Assembly (NCBI GenBank): GCA_964384105.1
Contig: CAYLJV010000006.1
Location: 1 to 64,000, forward strand
Source: Candidatus Hadarchaeota archaeon
Lineage (GTDB): Archaea; Hadarchaeota; Hadarchaeia; Hadarchaeales; JAGGTB01
Length of the DNA: 64,000 bases
Direction of reading: 5' to 3'
Position 1 is the first letter of the stretch; every line of letters begins with the position of its first letter. Under the pieces are notes generated by a model that made no database searches, was not told the DNA's origin, and worked only from the letters and a program-made list of their open reading frames with translations. Position numbers and translations under genes: made by a program. Below are positions 50,896-61,733 of the stretch, in pieces.

Positions 50896-51870
50896 CTATA
50901 AGGCGATAACTAATTTTCCAAAGTAGCTTTTCTCAATAACCGCTCTTTGTGCCTCACGAGCCTCTTCTAGGCTGTAAACTTTTGCTATTCTAGGTCTAAG
51001 CATTTTCTTTTCCATAAGTGTTGCAATTTTTCCCAAAATAGATCCAAACTTAGTAAACCTAGGAGTATTAAACATACTCATCAATTGCAATGTAATCTCT
51101 TTATTTCGACCTACTGCCGTGTTAGAAACAATTACTTCTTTATCCGATTCACCAATACCTATAATTCTCCCGTTGAATCTTGAAACTCTTAAATCGAATT
51201 CTAGATATTTTTCTAGCATATGATCCAAGATAACATCTGGGCCCCCCTCCGTTGCTTTCATAACGGCCTCATCCAAATCTCTCCGATTATAAAAGAAAAC
51301 ATTATCAGCACCAAGCTCCTCAACCTGATTTCTTGCTTCATCTGTCCCAACTGTTGAAACAACCCCTGCCCCAATTGTCGAAGCAAGCTGAACTGCCGTA
51401 TGGCCTATACCGCCACTACCTCCATGTATTAGACATTTCTCGCCTGGTTTTAGATCTGCGTGATCTATCAGTGCTCTCCATACTGTAACGCTTACTAAGG
51501 CGATCGCAGCACCTTCCTCGAAACTGACATTTTTTGGTAATTTCGCGATATAGTCTTCTGGTACCGTAACATACTCTGCATAGGTACCTTGGTGGTCTTT
51601 ACCCAATCCCGTACCAAAAACCCTGTCTCCAATTCGAAAATCTGTCACATCCTTCCCAACAGATTCGACTTTACCTGAAAAGTCAGAACCCGGAATCATT
51701 GGAAGTTCTACAGGCTCGTATATGCCTTCTCTAAAATAGGTGTCGACGGGATTCACACCAGCTGCCTCTACTTTAACCAATAATTCATCGTCATCTGGCT
51801 TTGGCTTAGAAATTTCTTTCAATTCCAGGACATTGGGACCACCATGCTCCTGGTAACGAATAGCTCTCAT
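50896..51870 (-). CDS. NADPH:quinone reductase (zeta-crystallin/MDR family)
   Basis: AAGVNPVD..R.G, PGSDFSG, HGGSGGIG, GKLV. Confidence 0.92.
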   Translation of the reverse strand: MRAIRYQEHGGPNVLELKEISKPKPDDDELLVKVEAAGVNPVDTYFREGIYEPVELPMIPGSDFSGKVESVGKDVTDFRIGDRVFGTGLGKDHQGTYAEYVTVPEDYIAKLPKNVSFEEGAAIALVSVTVWRALIDHADLKPGEKCLIHGGSGGIGHTAVQLASTIGAGVVSTVGTDEARNQVEELGADNVFFYNRRDLDEAVMKATEGGPDVILDHMLEKYLEFDLRVSRFNGRIIGIGESDKEVIVSNTAVGRNKEITLQLMSMFNTPRFTKFGSILGKIATLMEKKMLRPRIAKVYSLEEAREAQRAVIEKSYFGKLVIAL

Positions 51871-51909
51871 GTCCTTATCTACCAAAATCAATTTGTAAAC
51901 TATAATTTA

Positions 51910-52716
51910 TCAATCTTTTAGATATTTATCAAACCATTCAATAGAAAGCGAAATCGCTTTACTAAGATTATTCCGATTAGAAAACAAGTGATTAGCGTTA
52001 TATACAATCTCTAAACTTTTTGGTTGGTTAGCGTTATCATACAACTCCTTGGCATGAGTTAAAGGGACGATCTCATCACAGCTTCCGTGAATTATTCGTA
52101 CAGGAGAGATTTCCTTTATACATTCCTTTGTATCGTACCTTTTCATATCACTGTAGAATTGCTTTTTGAACTTCCTTCCAGACGGAAGTTTGTAATATTC
52201 CCCGTCTCGCTCTGGTAATTTTGGCTCGCCATATCTCGGGACTTGAAAAGGTGTTCCCATAGTCACAACCGATTCTGCTCTTTGGTCTTTAGAACAAATA
52301 GCGACCATGCCGCCTAGACTGTGACCGAAGACTCCTATAGAATCCGGCGAAAGTATATCCCCCTCTCGCAAGAAATTCATTGCCGCTTTGTAGTCTTGGA
52401 TTCTATCGGTAAGCGTAGTATTCTCAAACTTCCCCTCACTCTTTTGATCTCCCTCTCCGCAACCTCGAAAATTGAAACTTAAGCAGCTATACTCTGACTT
52501 CACAAAACCAGTTGCAATTTTCTTCCAAAAATTTAGGTCTTTATTAGCGGTAAAGCCGTGTAGCATCACGATGCACGGAGCATTTCTATCCAAAGTCCTA
52601 ATGTCACCCCTAATTTTGAAACCCTCAGAACGAAAAGTAATCGGTCTTTCCACTTTCAACACCACAAACAACTGAGCTCGGAAATAATTTATTAATTTCT
52701 GAAATTTGGCATCCAT
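51910..52716 (-). CDS. alpha/beta hydrolase
   Basis: HGF, GHSLGG, HG..D..VP, ANH; true start probably near 52660. Confidence 0.88.
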   Translation of the reverse strand: MDAKFQKLINYFRAQLFVVLKVERPITFRSEGFKIRGDIRTLDRNAPCIVMLHGFTANKDLNFWKKIATGFVKSEYSCLSFNFRGCGEGDQKSEGKFENTTLTDRIQDYKAAMNFLREGDILSPDSIGVFGHSLGGMVAICSKDQRAESVVTMGTPFQVPRYGEPKLPERDGEYYKLPSGRKFKKQFYSDMKRYDTKECIKEISPVRIIHGSCDEIVPLTHAKELYDNANQPKSLEIVYNANHLFSNRNNLSKAISLSIEWFDKYLKD

Positions 52717-52766
52717 TGATAAGTAGATTAAAAAATTCTAATACCTCACTAATACTTGGCAAAAAA

Positions 52767-53387
52767 ATGAAAAAGAGAAGGCAGATTTGGGATAAACGCT
52801 ACAAAGAAGGTGATAAACACCGCAATAAAGAACCCTCTCAATTATTAACCGATTGGACACCGAACTTACCACCCGGTAAAGCTCTCGATGTCGCATGCGG
52901 GGCAGGAAGAAATGCAATTCATCTGGCCAAAAAAGGGTACTCTGTTGACGCCATTGACTTTTCAGAAGAAGCACTCAAAATAGCTAGAAGAAGAGCGAAG
53001 AAAGAAAATGTGAAAGTAAACTGGATATTAGCGGACTTGGATAAATATGAATTCGCAAAAGAAAAATATGATCTCGTAGTGGTCTCCTATTTTCACCACC
53101 AAGGTAGGCTATCAGATATTAAAAAAACTCTGAAACATGGTGGATTCATCGTTTATGAACACCATATAAATACAACAGACCCAATGGATCATGGCCCCAA
53201 GGATTCGAAATACAGATTCGAACCCAATGAACTGTTGAATAGTTTCTCCGATTTTCAGGTACTGGACTATCAAGAGGGGGTAGGCTTGGATGACGCAAAA
53301 AGTAAATCTGCTGTAGCAAAGATAGTCGTAAGAAAAACCAAAACTCCCAAAAGTAACCTGCCTCCGTTAGTTCACGAAAAATCTTAA
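52767..53387 (+). CDS. class I SAM-dependent methyltransferase (TehB-like)
   Basis: WD.RY, ALDVACGAGRNA, D.S. Confidence 0.9.
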   Translation: MKKRRQIWDKRYKEGDKHRNKEPSQLLTDWTPNLPPGKALDVACGAGRNAIHLAKKGYSVDAIDFSEEALKIARRRAKKENVKVNWILADLDKYEFAKEKYDLVVVSYFHHQGRLSDIKKTLKHGGFIVYEHHINTTDPMDHGPKDSKYRFEPNELLNSFSDFQVLDYQEGVGLDDAKSKSAVAKIVVRKTKTPKSNLPPLVHEKS

Positions 53388-53409
53388 TAAAAAAATATAG
53401 AGGAAGAAA

Positions 53410-54366
53410 CTAGACTTCAACGTCCAAATCCATTTCTTCAACTAGCTCTTTGTATCTGTTTCTAACGGTAACTTCAGTTACATGAGCGATTCCCGCAACT
53501 TCCTTTTGAGTTCTCCTTTCACCTGTGATCAAACTTGCCAAGTATATTCCAGCGGCAGCTGTTCCGGTCGGACCTTTTCCTGAAGTCAAACCCATATCCT
53601 GAGCTTTTCTAATTATCTCCATAGCTTTCGACTGAGCCTCACCAGACAAACCTAATTCACTTCCAAATCTAGCAACGTAATTCTCGGGCGAGACTGGAGG
53701 TAGATGTATATCCAACTCCCTAGTTAGAAATCTATAACTTCTTCCGATTTCCTTTTTATCTACTCGGCTTACTTCAGCTATTTCTTCAAGGGTCCTAGGC
53801 ATCTGATTTTCTCTACAACCAGCATATAATGTTGCTGAAACGACTCCTTCTATAGAACGACCTCTTATGAGATCCGCATATACTGCTTCACGATATATCT
53901 TTGAAGCCGTCTCCCTAACATTTCGGGGTAATCCCAGCTGAGATGCCATTCGGTCCATTTCGGAAAGAGCAAAAGCCAAATTTCTATCTTTAGCACCTGA
54001 AACTCTAACACGCCTTTGCCATTTTCTAAGCCGATACATTCTAGAACGTCGCTCTGGCGAGAGACTTTTACCTTTACTATCTCTGTTTCTCCAATCTATT
54101 TGAGTTGAAAGCCCTTTATCGTGGATTGTATAGGTCATAGGAGAACCTCCTCTGCTCCTTTCTTCTCTTTGTTCCTGATCAAAAGCACGCCACTCTGGGC
54201 CCCTATCCTTCATGCCCTCCTTCAATATCCTACCACATTTATCACATACCATAATATTCCGTTGGTAATCCTTAATCACGGAGGTGTTGCCACAGGCTGG
54301 ACATTCTTTTCCAGTAACTTCCTCTCTTTGAGTCTTCAACTGACTTTTTTCTTCTGCTTCTGCCAT
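53410..54366 (-). CDS. tfb: transcription initiation factor IIB
   Basis: Zn ribbon [42 protein letters not shown]. Confidence 0.98.
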   Translation of the reverse strand: MAEAEEKSQLKTQREEVTGKECPACGNTSVIKDYQRNIMVCDKCGRILKEGMKDRGPEWRAFDQEQREERSRGGSPMTYTIHDKGLSTQIDWRNRDSKGKSLSPERRSRMYRLRKWQRRVRVSGAKDRNLAFALSEMDRMASQLGLPRNVRETASKIYREAVYADLIRGRSIEGVVSATLYAGCRENQMPRTLEEIAEVSRVDKKEIGRSYRFLTRELDIHLPPVSPENYVARFGSELGLSGEAQSKAMEIIRKAQDMGLTSGKGPTGTAAAGIYLASLITGERRTQKEVAGIAHVTEVTVRNRYKELVEEMDLDVEV

Positions 54367-54584
54367 TTTTTACACCTTTATCCACCGGTTTATAGAGAAA
54401 ACCCGATAGCGAGGTCTATGGATATTTACCTTGTACAGAGACGATATTCCTGTAATCTCGGTACTAGTAACTTACTGGACTCTCCCTAACTAGTCTAAAA
54501 ACCGGTTTGATACTTATTTATAAATGTTCCTATGTTCTTACTTATAAAGATTACGGTTAAACAGCTCGGGCTTAATTAATTCAA

Positions 54585-55253
54585 CTAAAACGTCACATAC
54601 CAATAGTAAATCAGATAAAAGCCTGCTATAAGAAGAACAATTCCGGAAATCTTTTTGACATACTTTCTTGCTTTAGTAACATTCTCGATAAGAACATCTT
54701 TTGAAAGGGCGACCGCTACAGAGATAATTACCATCATCAATCCCATTCCAAAAGTATAAGATAGGAAAACTAACAAACCGCTCCCAAACCCCCCAGTACT
54801 CATTGCAGAAAAAACTACCATAAGGAACACAGGAAATACACAAGCTAAAGAGCTAAAGGCATATGCGGAACCAAATAAAAAAAATGAAGAATTTGATTTT
54901 AATTCAAAGGAAAATTGAGATAAGTAAAGATCCCCCTTATCAAAAACCCATAAAAGACCCAAAATGACTAACACGGGAGATATGAATAATAGAACTAATG
55001 GAAGAAATTCCCTTATTTGGGATCCAAAAATAGAAACTACCGAACCTATCCCGCTGAAAACAACTATAAATCCAAGAGTTGCCACTGAACCATATTTAAC
55101 CCCTCTTAAAATACTTGATAAAGTATTTTTGGGTTCTTCTGTTTCTCTTCCAAGAAAATAAGATAAATAAGCCGGTAAAAGTGCAAAAGAACAAGGATTT
55201 AAGAAAGCTAAAATACCTGCAGAGAATGCAAGTCCCATTAATCCAATTAGCAT
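54585..55253 (-). CDS. ccdA: CcdA/DsbD-beta membrane electron carrier
   Basis: FLNPCSFALLPAY and ACVFP; six TM helices. Confidence 0.9.
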   Translation of the reverse strand: MLIGLMGLAFSAGILAFLNPCSFALLPAYLSYFLGRETEEPKNTLSSILRGVKYGSVATLGFIVVFSGIGSVVSIFGSQIREFLPLVLLFISPVLVILGLLWVFDKGDLYLSQFSFELKSNSSFFLFGSAYAFSSLACVFPVFLMVVFSAMSTGGFGSGLLVFLSYTFGMGLMMVIISVAVALSKDVLIENVTKARKYVKKISGIVLLIAGFYLIYYWYVTF

Positions 55254-55262
55254 TTAATATCA

Positions 55263-55802
55263 CTAGTAGTCATTAATTATATCTGAAATAGTATTTGCTG
55301 AAACTATTCCCACCTTTTTAAAAACAATTTCACCACCAGTGGATAAGATATAGAGGGTTGGTATCCCTGAAACTTCATATTCAACTCCAACTCGAGGACC
55401 ACTTGCAAAAATCCAATCATCGCCGAATTCTTGTTTGAAATCTCTAATAGTTTTATTTTTCTCAGTTGGATCGACATCTATAGAGATAATTACAACATTA
55501 TCTTCACCATACTTTTCATAGATCATTTTAAGTTCGTCCATTTCAATCTTGCAGGGTGTACACCATGTGGCCATAAAATCCAAAACAACAAATCTATCTT
55601 GATAATCATCGAGACTGAAACTATTACCATTTATATCCTCAAGAGAAAAGTCAGGGGCTAAATTTCCTACATTTAAGCCAACTTGATTGCTCTCACTTTC
55701 AGAACTGGATCCAACGAAGAAATCACTCTTAGCAAAGAATAAGGAAACTACCACAATCAACACAATCCCTATTACAATCCATTTTCTTGAACTTGATTTC
55801 AT
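55263..55802 (-). CDS. TlpA/ResA thioredoxin-like disulfide reductase
   Basis: N-terminal TM, APDFSL, ATWCTPC, IPT. Confidence 0.92.
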   Translation of the reverse strand: MKSSSRKWIVIGIVLIVVVSLFFAKSDFFVGSSSESESNQVGLNVGNLAPDFSLEDINGNSFSLDDYQDRFVVLDFMATWCTPCKIEMDELKMIYEKYGEDNVVIISIDVDPTEKNKTIRDFKQEFGDDWIFASGPRVGVEYEVSGIPTLYILSTGGEIVFKKVGIVSANTISDIINDY

Positions 55803-55828
55803 TTATTTACCCTACTGAATATTACATG

Positions 55829-55846
55829 TATTCAAATATTTGAATA
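55829..55846. promoter_or_regulatory. perfect 18-bp palindrome, candidate operator
   Basis: TATTCAAATATTTGAATA, about 27 bp upstream of the TlpA start. Confidence 0.55.
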
Positions 55847-56039
55847 TACTAATATAAAAAGATTAAATTTCGGTGTATCCGAACTGTTAGACAGAGTGAA
55901 AAATTCTAAATGTTATTCTGAAGACAGATAATTGAGGAGTAAAAAATCCCCCCAATCCAGCCTCCGACAAAAGGGTGAATCCTAATATTAATACGAAGAC
56001 CTATACAAAAAAGTTTTTACTTTACTTATGAGGGTTAAT

Positions 56040-56429
56040 ATGAAAGAAATAAAAATCAATTCAGAAAAAAGAAAACAATTCATAAACATAACATCAAATA
56101 TTAGAAAAATAGTAGATGAATCAGGAAACGGAGAAGGAAATTGCTTTGTATATTGTCCCCATACAACCGCAGCAATTACGATAAATGAGGGAGCCGACCC
56201 AGCGGTACAAGAGGATATAATGCGAGCCTTAGATGAGATCATTCCTAAAATCGAATTTAGGCATATGGAAGGCAATTCCGATGCTCACATAAAATCTTCA
56301 TTGATAGGACCGAGTGAAACAATCCCGGTTGAAAATGGAAGTCTTAAACTAGGTACTTGGCAAAAAATATTCTTCTGTGAATTCGATGGTCCTCGGCCTA
56401 GAAAATTTTGGGTTCAAATAAACGAATAG
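56040..56429 (+). CDS. yjbQ: YjbQ/UPF0047 family protein
   Basis: PHTTAAITINE, H.EGNSDAHIK, LGTWQ, EFDGPR. Confidence 0.95.
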   Translation: MKEIKINSEKRKQFINITSNIRKIVDESGNGEGNCFVYCPHTTAAITINEGADPAVQEDIMRALDEIIPKIEFRHMEGNSDAHIKSSLIGPSETIPVENGSLKLGTWQKIFFCEFDGPRPRKFWVQINE

Positions 56430-56473
56430 ATCTTGGACAACTTGGCTTTAAATTTCTATAAAAGGTAAACTAA

Positions 56474-57235
56474 ATGAAAATAATTTATCACGAGAAATTT
56501 GAAAACTCGGACTATGCAAGAAATCCTGCCGCCGAACGGGGACGAATAGAAAGCATAAAAAAAGAGCTTAAAAATGCAGATTTTTCTTTTGTGAAACCAA
56601 AACCTGCGAGTGAAAACGACTTAGAATTAGTTCATTCAAAAGCGCACATAACCAAAATAAAGGAGAGAAGCGAGCTTCTATTCGAAGTAGCCTCTTTAGC
56701 TGCTGGAGGTGCCATAGAAGCTGCCGAAATTGCATTTGAAGGAGAACCCGCTTTTGGCCTTATAAGACCACCTGGACACCATGCCTCCTCCAACTCCTGT
56801 TGGGGTTTTTGTTATTTTAACAACATGGCTGTAGCTCTGGAAAAACTTCGCACGGAATGTAAAATAGACTCTGCATATATACTGGATTTTGATTTGCACA
56901 CCGGCGACGGAAATATTAACATTCTTGGAGGCAGACCGGGAATTCAAATTCTAAACCCCGAAGCGAACTATCGAAGAGAATACTTAGACGAGATAGAGGA
57001 AAATTTTGAAAATGAGAAAAGCTACGATATAATTGGAGTATCTGCAGGTTTCGATGAGCACGTCGAGGACTGGGGAAACAAACTCACTACCCCAGATTAT
57101 GAAGAAATAGGTAGTCTTGTAAAAGAATTTTCTGAAAGAAAAAGTAAAGGGCGGAGATTCTCAATTCTAGAAGGTGGATACAACCACCGTGTACTAGGGA
57201 AAAATGTAAAGAGTTTCCTGAATGGTTTTAAATAA
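56474..57235 (+). CDS. histone deacetylase family protein
   Basis: RPPGHHA, GFCYFNN, DFDLHTGDG, SAGFD, EGGY. Confidence 0.95.
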   Translation: MKIIYHEKFENSDYARNPAAERGRIESIKKELKNADFSFVKPKPASENDLELVHSKAHITKIKERSELLFEVASLAAGGAIEAAEIAFEGEPAFGLIRPPGHHASSNSCWGFCYFNNMAVALEKLRTECKIDSAYILDFDLHTGDGNINILGGRPGIQILNPEANYRREYLDEIEENFENEKSYDIIGVSAGFDEHVEDWGNKLTTPDYEEIGSLVKEFSERKSKGRRFSILEGGYNHRVLGKNVKSFLNGFK

Positions 57236-57311
57236 TCGGCTTAATCTCTACCTTTAAAATAACTAGACCGTCATTAGTACTGTCCGCCAAAACGATTTCT
57301 CAATCTAGATC

Positions 57312-58598
57312 CTACAGCCGTCTATCTGAACCTGCTAAGCGAGTACCGCAAAGTCCTGCGACTTCTACTGCCCTAGATAGTTCTACCGCATCCACATATT
57401 CGATCGTATCTTGCGGAGCATGGTAGTATGGATGTATGTGACCCCAATCTCCGATCCAAGTATTCTGAACCCCAATGTCCCTAAATGGAGCATAATCACT
57501 AAAAGTTAAATCGACGCCATCTACAATGTCAATATCCCATTCGAGCATTTCAGCAGTTTCAACGACAAAATCATCCATAGGTTCTGAAGCCCAAACCGTA
57601 TTTTTTGATGTTAGTGTCGAACTCACGGTATCTAAGTTAAACATTCCAACACAATTATCCGCTAGTTCCTCCCGTCGATTTTGAACATAGTTCACCGAGC
57701 CAAAACAACCCGTCTCTTCACAACCAAACAGTACGAACTCCATTGTTCTTTTCGGTTGGAATTCCGAAGAACTAATACTTCTAGCTAGTTCTAAGACGCT
57801 TGCTACTCCAGTACCATTATCCCAAACTCCGGGAGTAGTAAATTGAGTATCGTAATGACCACCTAAAACGACCTTTTCTTCGGGATACTCATTTCCTTCA
57901 ATCTTTCCTATCACATTGAAAGTTTTATTCACCGAGTAATCCGCCTCGTTTCTAATATTAACTTCTACAGAGCCGGCACTTAACAAACTCAGAATTCTAT
58001 GTCCCTCAGCCATCGGAAGCATGGCTCCAGTAATATCAACAGGAAAACCCTCTGGACTTTCAACCATCTCCTCAGCAGTGGAAGTACAATTGTAAAATGC
58101 TCCAGAACACCGTCTAATCAAGTCCTGTAGACCCGTCATCCTAGCATCTGATATTGTTAGAAGGCCCGCTGCACTGTAATCTTTCACTAAAGGTGCGACC
58201 ATGAAGGGGGCATCGTTTATAGCCATAACAATTTTGTCCTCAAATTCTACACCATTTTCCTTCAAGAACTCGAAATCCTGCTTTGAACCCGCTCCAACAT
58301 AAACGATCTCTCCACTAATCTCCTTATTCGCATAATAAGCGACAGGAGCACATTTCACATCCCTTTTGACCGGGGATCTTAACTCAACTTCGGTAGAAAT
58401 AGGGAACCATTTAGAAAATTCAAACTCTTCCAATTCGACATCAATACCATCATTGCTTTTCATTTCCTCATATCCGTATTCCCTCGCTTCTCTCTCGCCT
58501 TGAGTACCAGGCCACTTTCTTCCAATATTCTCCCATTTCAATAGATGTTTTTTAAGTTGAGAAACCGAAAGTTTTGGTGAAATCTTAGTATCACTCAA
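57312..58598 (-). CDS. M28 family peptidase with PA domain
   Basis: GGHYD, G.WDNGTG, EE.G..GS, NLD, SD..PF, YH...DT. Confidence 0.9.
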   Translation of the reverse strand: MSDTKISPKLSVSQLKKHLLKWENIGRKWPGTQGEREAREYGYEEMKSNDGIDVELEEFEFSKWFPISTEVELRSPVKRDVKCAPVAYYANKEISGEIVYVGAGSKQDFEFLKENGVEFEDKIVMAINDAPFMVAPLVKDYSAAGLLTISDARMTGLQDLIRRCSGAFYNCTSTAEEMVESPEGFPVDITGAMLPMAEGHRILSLLSAGSVEVNIRNEADYSVNKTFNVIGKIEGNEYPEEKVVLGGHYDTQFTTPGVWDNGTGVASVLELARSISSSEFQPKRTMEFVLFGCEETGCFGSVNYVQNRREELADNCVGMFNLDTVSSTLTSKNTVWASEPMDDFVVETAEMLEWDIDIVDGVDLTFSDYAPFRDIGVQNTWIGDWGHIHPYYHAPQDTIEYVDAVELSRAVEVAGLCGTRLAGSDRRL

Positions 58599-58686
58599 AA
58601 TGTCACCTCCTATTTGAAGATATACTTGGAACGTATAAAATTTTTAAAAATAAAAAAGAGATTGAAGGATGTTCCTAGCTCATAAT

Positions 58687-59103
58687 TTATATGTTAGGAC
58701 TAACTTCCTTAACTACCGTAACAGTGCAATGGGCTTTTCTCAATACACCCTCTGCAACACTACCTAAAACAACCCTTGCAATGCCACTGGCACCAATGTC
58801 TCCAACAATTATGTGATTGAAGTTATTCTCCTCCGCAAACTTTACAATATCAACGTCTGGTGCATTACCTTTCACCAGAAGATGAGTGTCAACTTCGATA
58901 TCCTCTTTTTTTCCTATCGATTTGGCTTCTTTCAAGATTTTTTCACGTTTTCTAACTTTTTTAGTATTCGGTTCTGGCTCTTGGATAGAATTAACAGCCG
59001 TAATCTTCTTCAATCCCTTCTTTTTTGCTTCCCAAATAGCATAACGAAGAGCATTCGTGCTTCTATCAGAACCATCAATCCCCACGAGAATATTCTCTAC
59101 CAT
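58687..59103 (-). CDS. universal stress protein
   Basis: ILVGIDGS, IIVG, LGSVAE.V. Confidence 0.93.
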   Translation of the reverse strand: MVENILVGIDGSDRSTNALRYAIWEAKKKGLKKITAVNSIQEPEPNTKKVRKREKILKEAKSIGKKEDIEVDTHLLVKGNAPDVDIVKFAEENNFNHIIVGDIGASGIARVVLGSVAEGVLRKAHCTVTVVKEVSPNI

Positions 59104-59175
59104 TTTTACACCTCCTTTTCAATCCGTTTATTAATTCCACTCGAATAGTTGGGATTTAGCAATTAACTGAGGCTA

Positions 59176-59271
59176 CTACTCAGCATAGTTATCAGGATGT
59201 TCTTTCTTGATATGTTTGTTTAATTTTTCTCCATCAGGAAATTTTTCTTTACACAACCAACAACTTGGCAT
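59176..59271 (-). CDS. 31-aa C2H2 zinc-finger microprotein (not in ORF track)
   Basis: MPSCWLCKEKFPDGEKLNKHIKKEHPDNYAE; C-x2-C-x12-H-x4-H; GGTGA 3-4 nt upstream. Confidence 0.75.
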   Translation of the reverse strand: MPSCWLCKEKFPDGEKLNKHIKKEHPDNYAE

Positions 59272-59433
59272 TTTCTCACCCTAACCATCAATTTAACGGT
59301 ATCGTATATAAATGGGCTATCGATCTTTAAAAGTAAGGTCGAAATAATGCGTTTTCTTTTTTGTAGGAACTGCCCGTATATGTAGCAAAAATGTGTCGTC
59401 TTTCTAGGATTATTTAAGGTTACTTAGCTAGAA

Positions 59434-60639
59434 TCAGCCTTCGAAAGGAGGCCTCACTCCTAGTTCTAATTCGACGGTTATGATCTCTCCATCTCTCAAA
59501 ACCCCAAAGTCGACTATATCTCCAGGAGTTTTATTAAGTTCAATATAAGACAAAACATCCTCTAAACTGATTATTGTTTTATCGTCAATGGTGAGAAGGA
59601 CATCTCCTCGTTTCAGACCTGCTTCACCAGCTGGGCTATCACTAATGACTTGTTCTATCAAAAACCCTCTGACTCGATCTAGCCCCCTTTCTCTAGCAAT
59701 CTCGTAGTTAACATCTGTTCCAGTAATGCCAATCCATGGATGTTTATATTCTCCTTCCTCCATCAAAGCAGTAGCTACTTTCCCCACAAGATTAGAAGGA
59801 ACAGCGAAACCAATACCGCTGAAAGTACCCGTACTACTTCTTATTGCGGTTGTTATTCCAATTACACTACCGTTAAAACTCAAAAGTGGACCTCCTGAAT
59901 TTCCAGGATTTATAGCAGCATCCATTTGAATAACACCTGGTATCCCATAACCACTCTCCGTTTCCAGCAATCTATTTACTTGACTAACTATTCCGGTGGT
60001 AGTTGTTCCAGTCAGACCAAATGGATTACCTATGGCAATTATTCTATCCCCGGGCTCCACCTTACCTGAGTCAGCTAAATTTAATGGATCAGGAAACTCT
60101 TCAACTTCTGCTCTATCTACTCTCAAAACTGCAACATCACTATAAACATCTGAACCAACAAGAGCAGCTTCTATTGTTTCACCATCAGAAAACTTAACAA
60201 GAATACTAGTCGCCCCCTCAACTACATGATGATTAGTAAGGATATGTCCAGTGCTATCAAAAACAAAACCTGACCCCTGGGCCGTTTCTTTCGTAGTACC
60301 AAATATTGTTGAGCTTGTCTTCTCCACAGTAATATTCACAATTGACGGCGCAACTCTCTTGTAGATATCATCTACCGGCCAATCACCTGTGGATTCGTTA
60401 AGAATATTTTCTAAGAGTTCCACTCTTCCCTGGAGATTTCTTAATTTCGTTTCTATTTCTGCTGAGTTCCCTGCGTTCAAGTCATTGCTATTTCCATCGT
60501 ACCACTCGTTTATAGCCATTCCCGCTATGGCACCAGTAACTAACGTTATAATTAATATGATAACTAAAGCTGCAGAGCCGATACCCTCACTACCAAAAGG
60601 TTTTCTATTCTCTTCACAAAATGAAATTTTACTAAGCAT
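59434..60639 (-). CDS. HtrA/DegP-like serine protease with PDZ domain
   Basis: GSGF, TNHHVV, D.AVL, INPGNSGGPL; N-terminal TM. Confidence 0.95.
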   Translation of the reverse strand: MLSKISFCEENRKPFGSEGIGSAALVIILIITLVTGAIAGMAINEWYDGNSNDLNAGNSAEIETKLRNLQGRVELLENILNESTGDWPVDDIYKRVAPSIVNITVEKTSSTIFGTTKETAQGSGFVFDSTGHILTNHHVVEGATSILVKFSDGETIEAALVGSDVYSDVAVLRVDRAEVEEFPDPLNLADSGKVEPGDRIIAIGNPFGLTGTTTTGIVSQVNRLLETESGYGIPGVIQMDAAINPGNSGGPLLSFNGSVIGITTAIRSSTGTFSGIGFAVPSNLVGKVATALMEEGEYKHPWIGITGTDVNYEIARERGLDRVRGFLIEQVISDSPAGEAGLKRGDVLLTIDDKTIISLEDVLSYIELNKTPGDIVDFGVLRDGEIITVELELGVRPPFEG

Positions 60640-60769
60640 TAAAACACCAATTCCTTCAAACGTTTCGTTGGGGGTAACTATATTTTATTAAGGTATTAAA
60701 CTCCTATCCTTCTGAGAAAATCTAGAGAAATAAAAAAAGGGGTTTGGTTCTAGCTTTTCTAACTTAAGT

Positions 60770-60991
60770 CTAGCCGTATTCTACAAACTTCTCGGTCAGC
60801 TTATAGTAACCATTGCCTATCAAATATGTCCCCCCACCGCCGCAAACCAATCCGACTATAGTAAAGAACAATTTAGCTCTAAAAAAGCCAGTAATCTCAG
60901 GGGATACTGTAAACATTACTGCAATAGGGATAAAAATTAGTATTGCGCCCACTAGAACCTGTAAAAAGGCAAAATCTTTTCTGAAGACCAT
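60770..60991 (-). CDS. small two-TM hypothetical protein
   Basis: 73-aa ORF with two hydrophobic segments. Confidence 0.6.
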   Translation of the reverse strand: MVFRKDFAFLQVLVGAILIFIPIAVMFTVSPEITGFFRAKLFFTIVGLVCGGGGTYLIGNGYYKLTEKFVEYG

Positions 60992-61129
60992 TTTCTCAGT
61001 ATTAAATTTCTTATTAAAGTTAATAGGTTTTTTGTAGAACTATAAAGAGACGAAAACAGATAAACAAACTAAAAACCGATTAAAATTTATAAACTTCCAT
61101 CAATAACTCAATTTAGGTGAATATTAATA

Positions 61130-61657
61130 ATGGAGAATTCTGTTCTTACCACAATAAAAGAAAGAAGAAGTATCTACAATTTTAAAGAGGAGTCAATTGA
61201 CGACGATAAATTAGAAGCTATTTTAGAAGCCGGTCGTTGGGCCCCTTCATGGCAGAATAAGCAACCATGGAATTTTGTGGTCATAAAAGACCAGGAATTA
61301 AAAGAAGAAATAAGCGAGTATGTACCTACTATCTTCAATAGGGGAGTAAAAGATGCACCAGTTTGCATAGCAGTTTTTGTAGATCCGGAAATTGAACCGA
61401 ATCATTATATAGAAGACGGTTCCGCAGCAACTCAAAACATGCTTCTAGCTGCTCAGAGTCTAGGATTTGGGTCTGTTTGGATAGGTGTCCTAGACCTAAA
61501 AAAGAACAAAGGAACCGCAGAAGAAAAAATAAGAGAAGCTTTGGACCTCCCCAAAAAATGGAGACTAATTTCAGTACTTCCAATAGGAGTTCCAAAAAAG
61601 GTACCCGAAACGGGCAGAAAAGACCTTTCAGAAATTGTAAACTGGGATCATGCCTAA
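61130..61657 (+). CDS. nitroreductase family protein
   Basis: RRS, WAPS..N.QPW, QNMLLAA..LG.GS.W. Confidence 0.93.
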   Translation: MENSVLTTIKERRSIYNFKEESIDDDKLEAILEAGRWAPSWQNKQPWNFVVIKDQELKEEISEYVPTIFNRGVKDAPVCIAVFVDPEIEPNHYIEDGSAATQNMLLAAQSLGFGSVWIGVLDLKKNKGTAEEKIREALDLPKKWRLISVLPIGVPKKVPETGRKDLSEIVNWDHA

Positions 61658-61733
61658 AAAATAACCAGTAACCACCCATTTTCACTTTTTTTAATTAAAT
61701 TTTTTGTCAATAAGCTCTATAAAGATAGATAAG

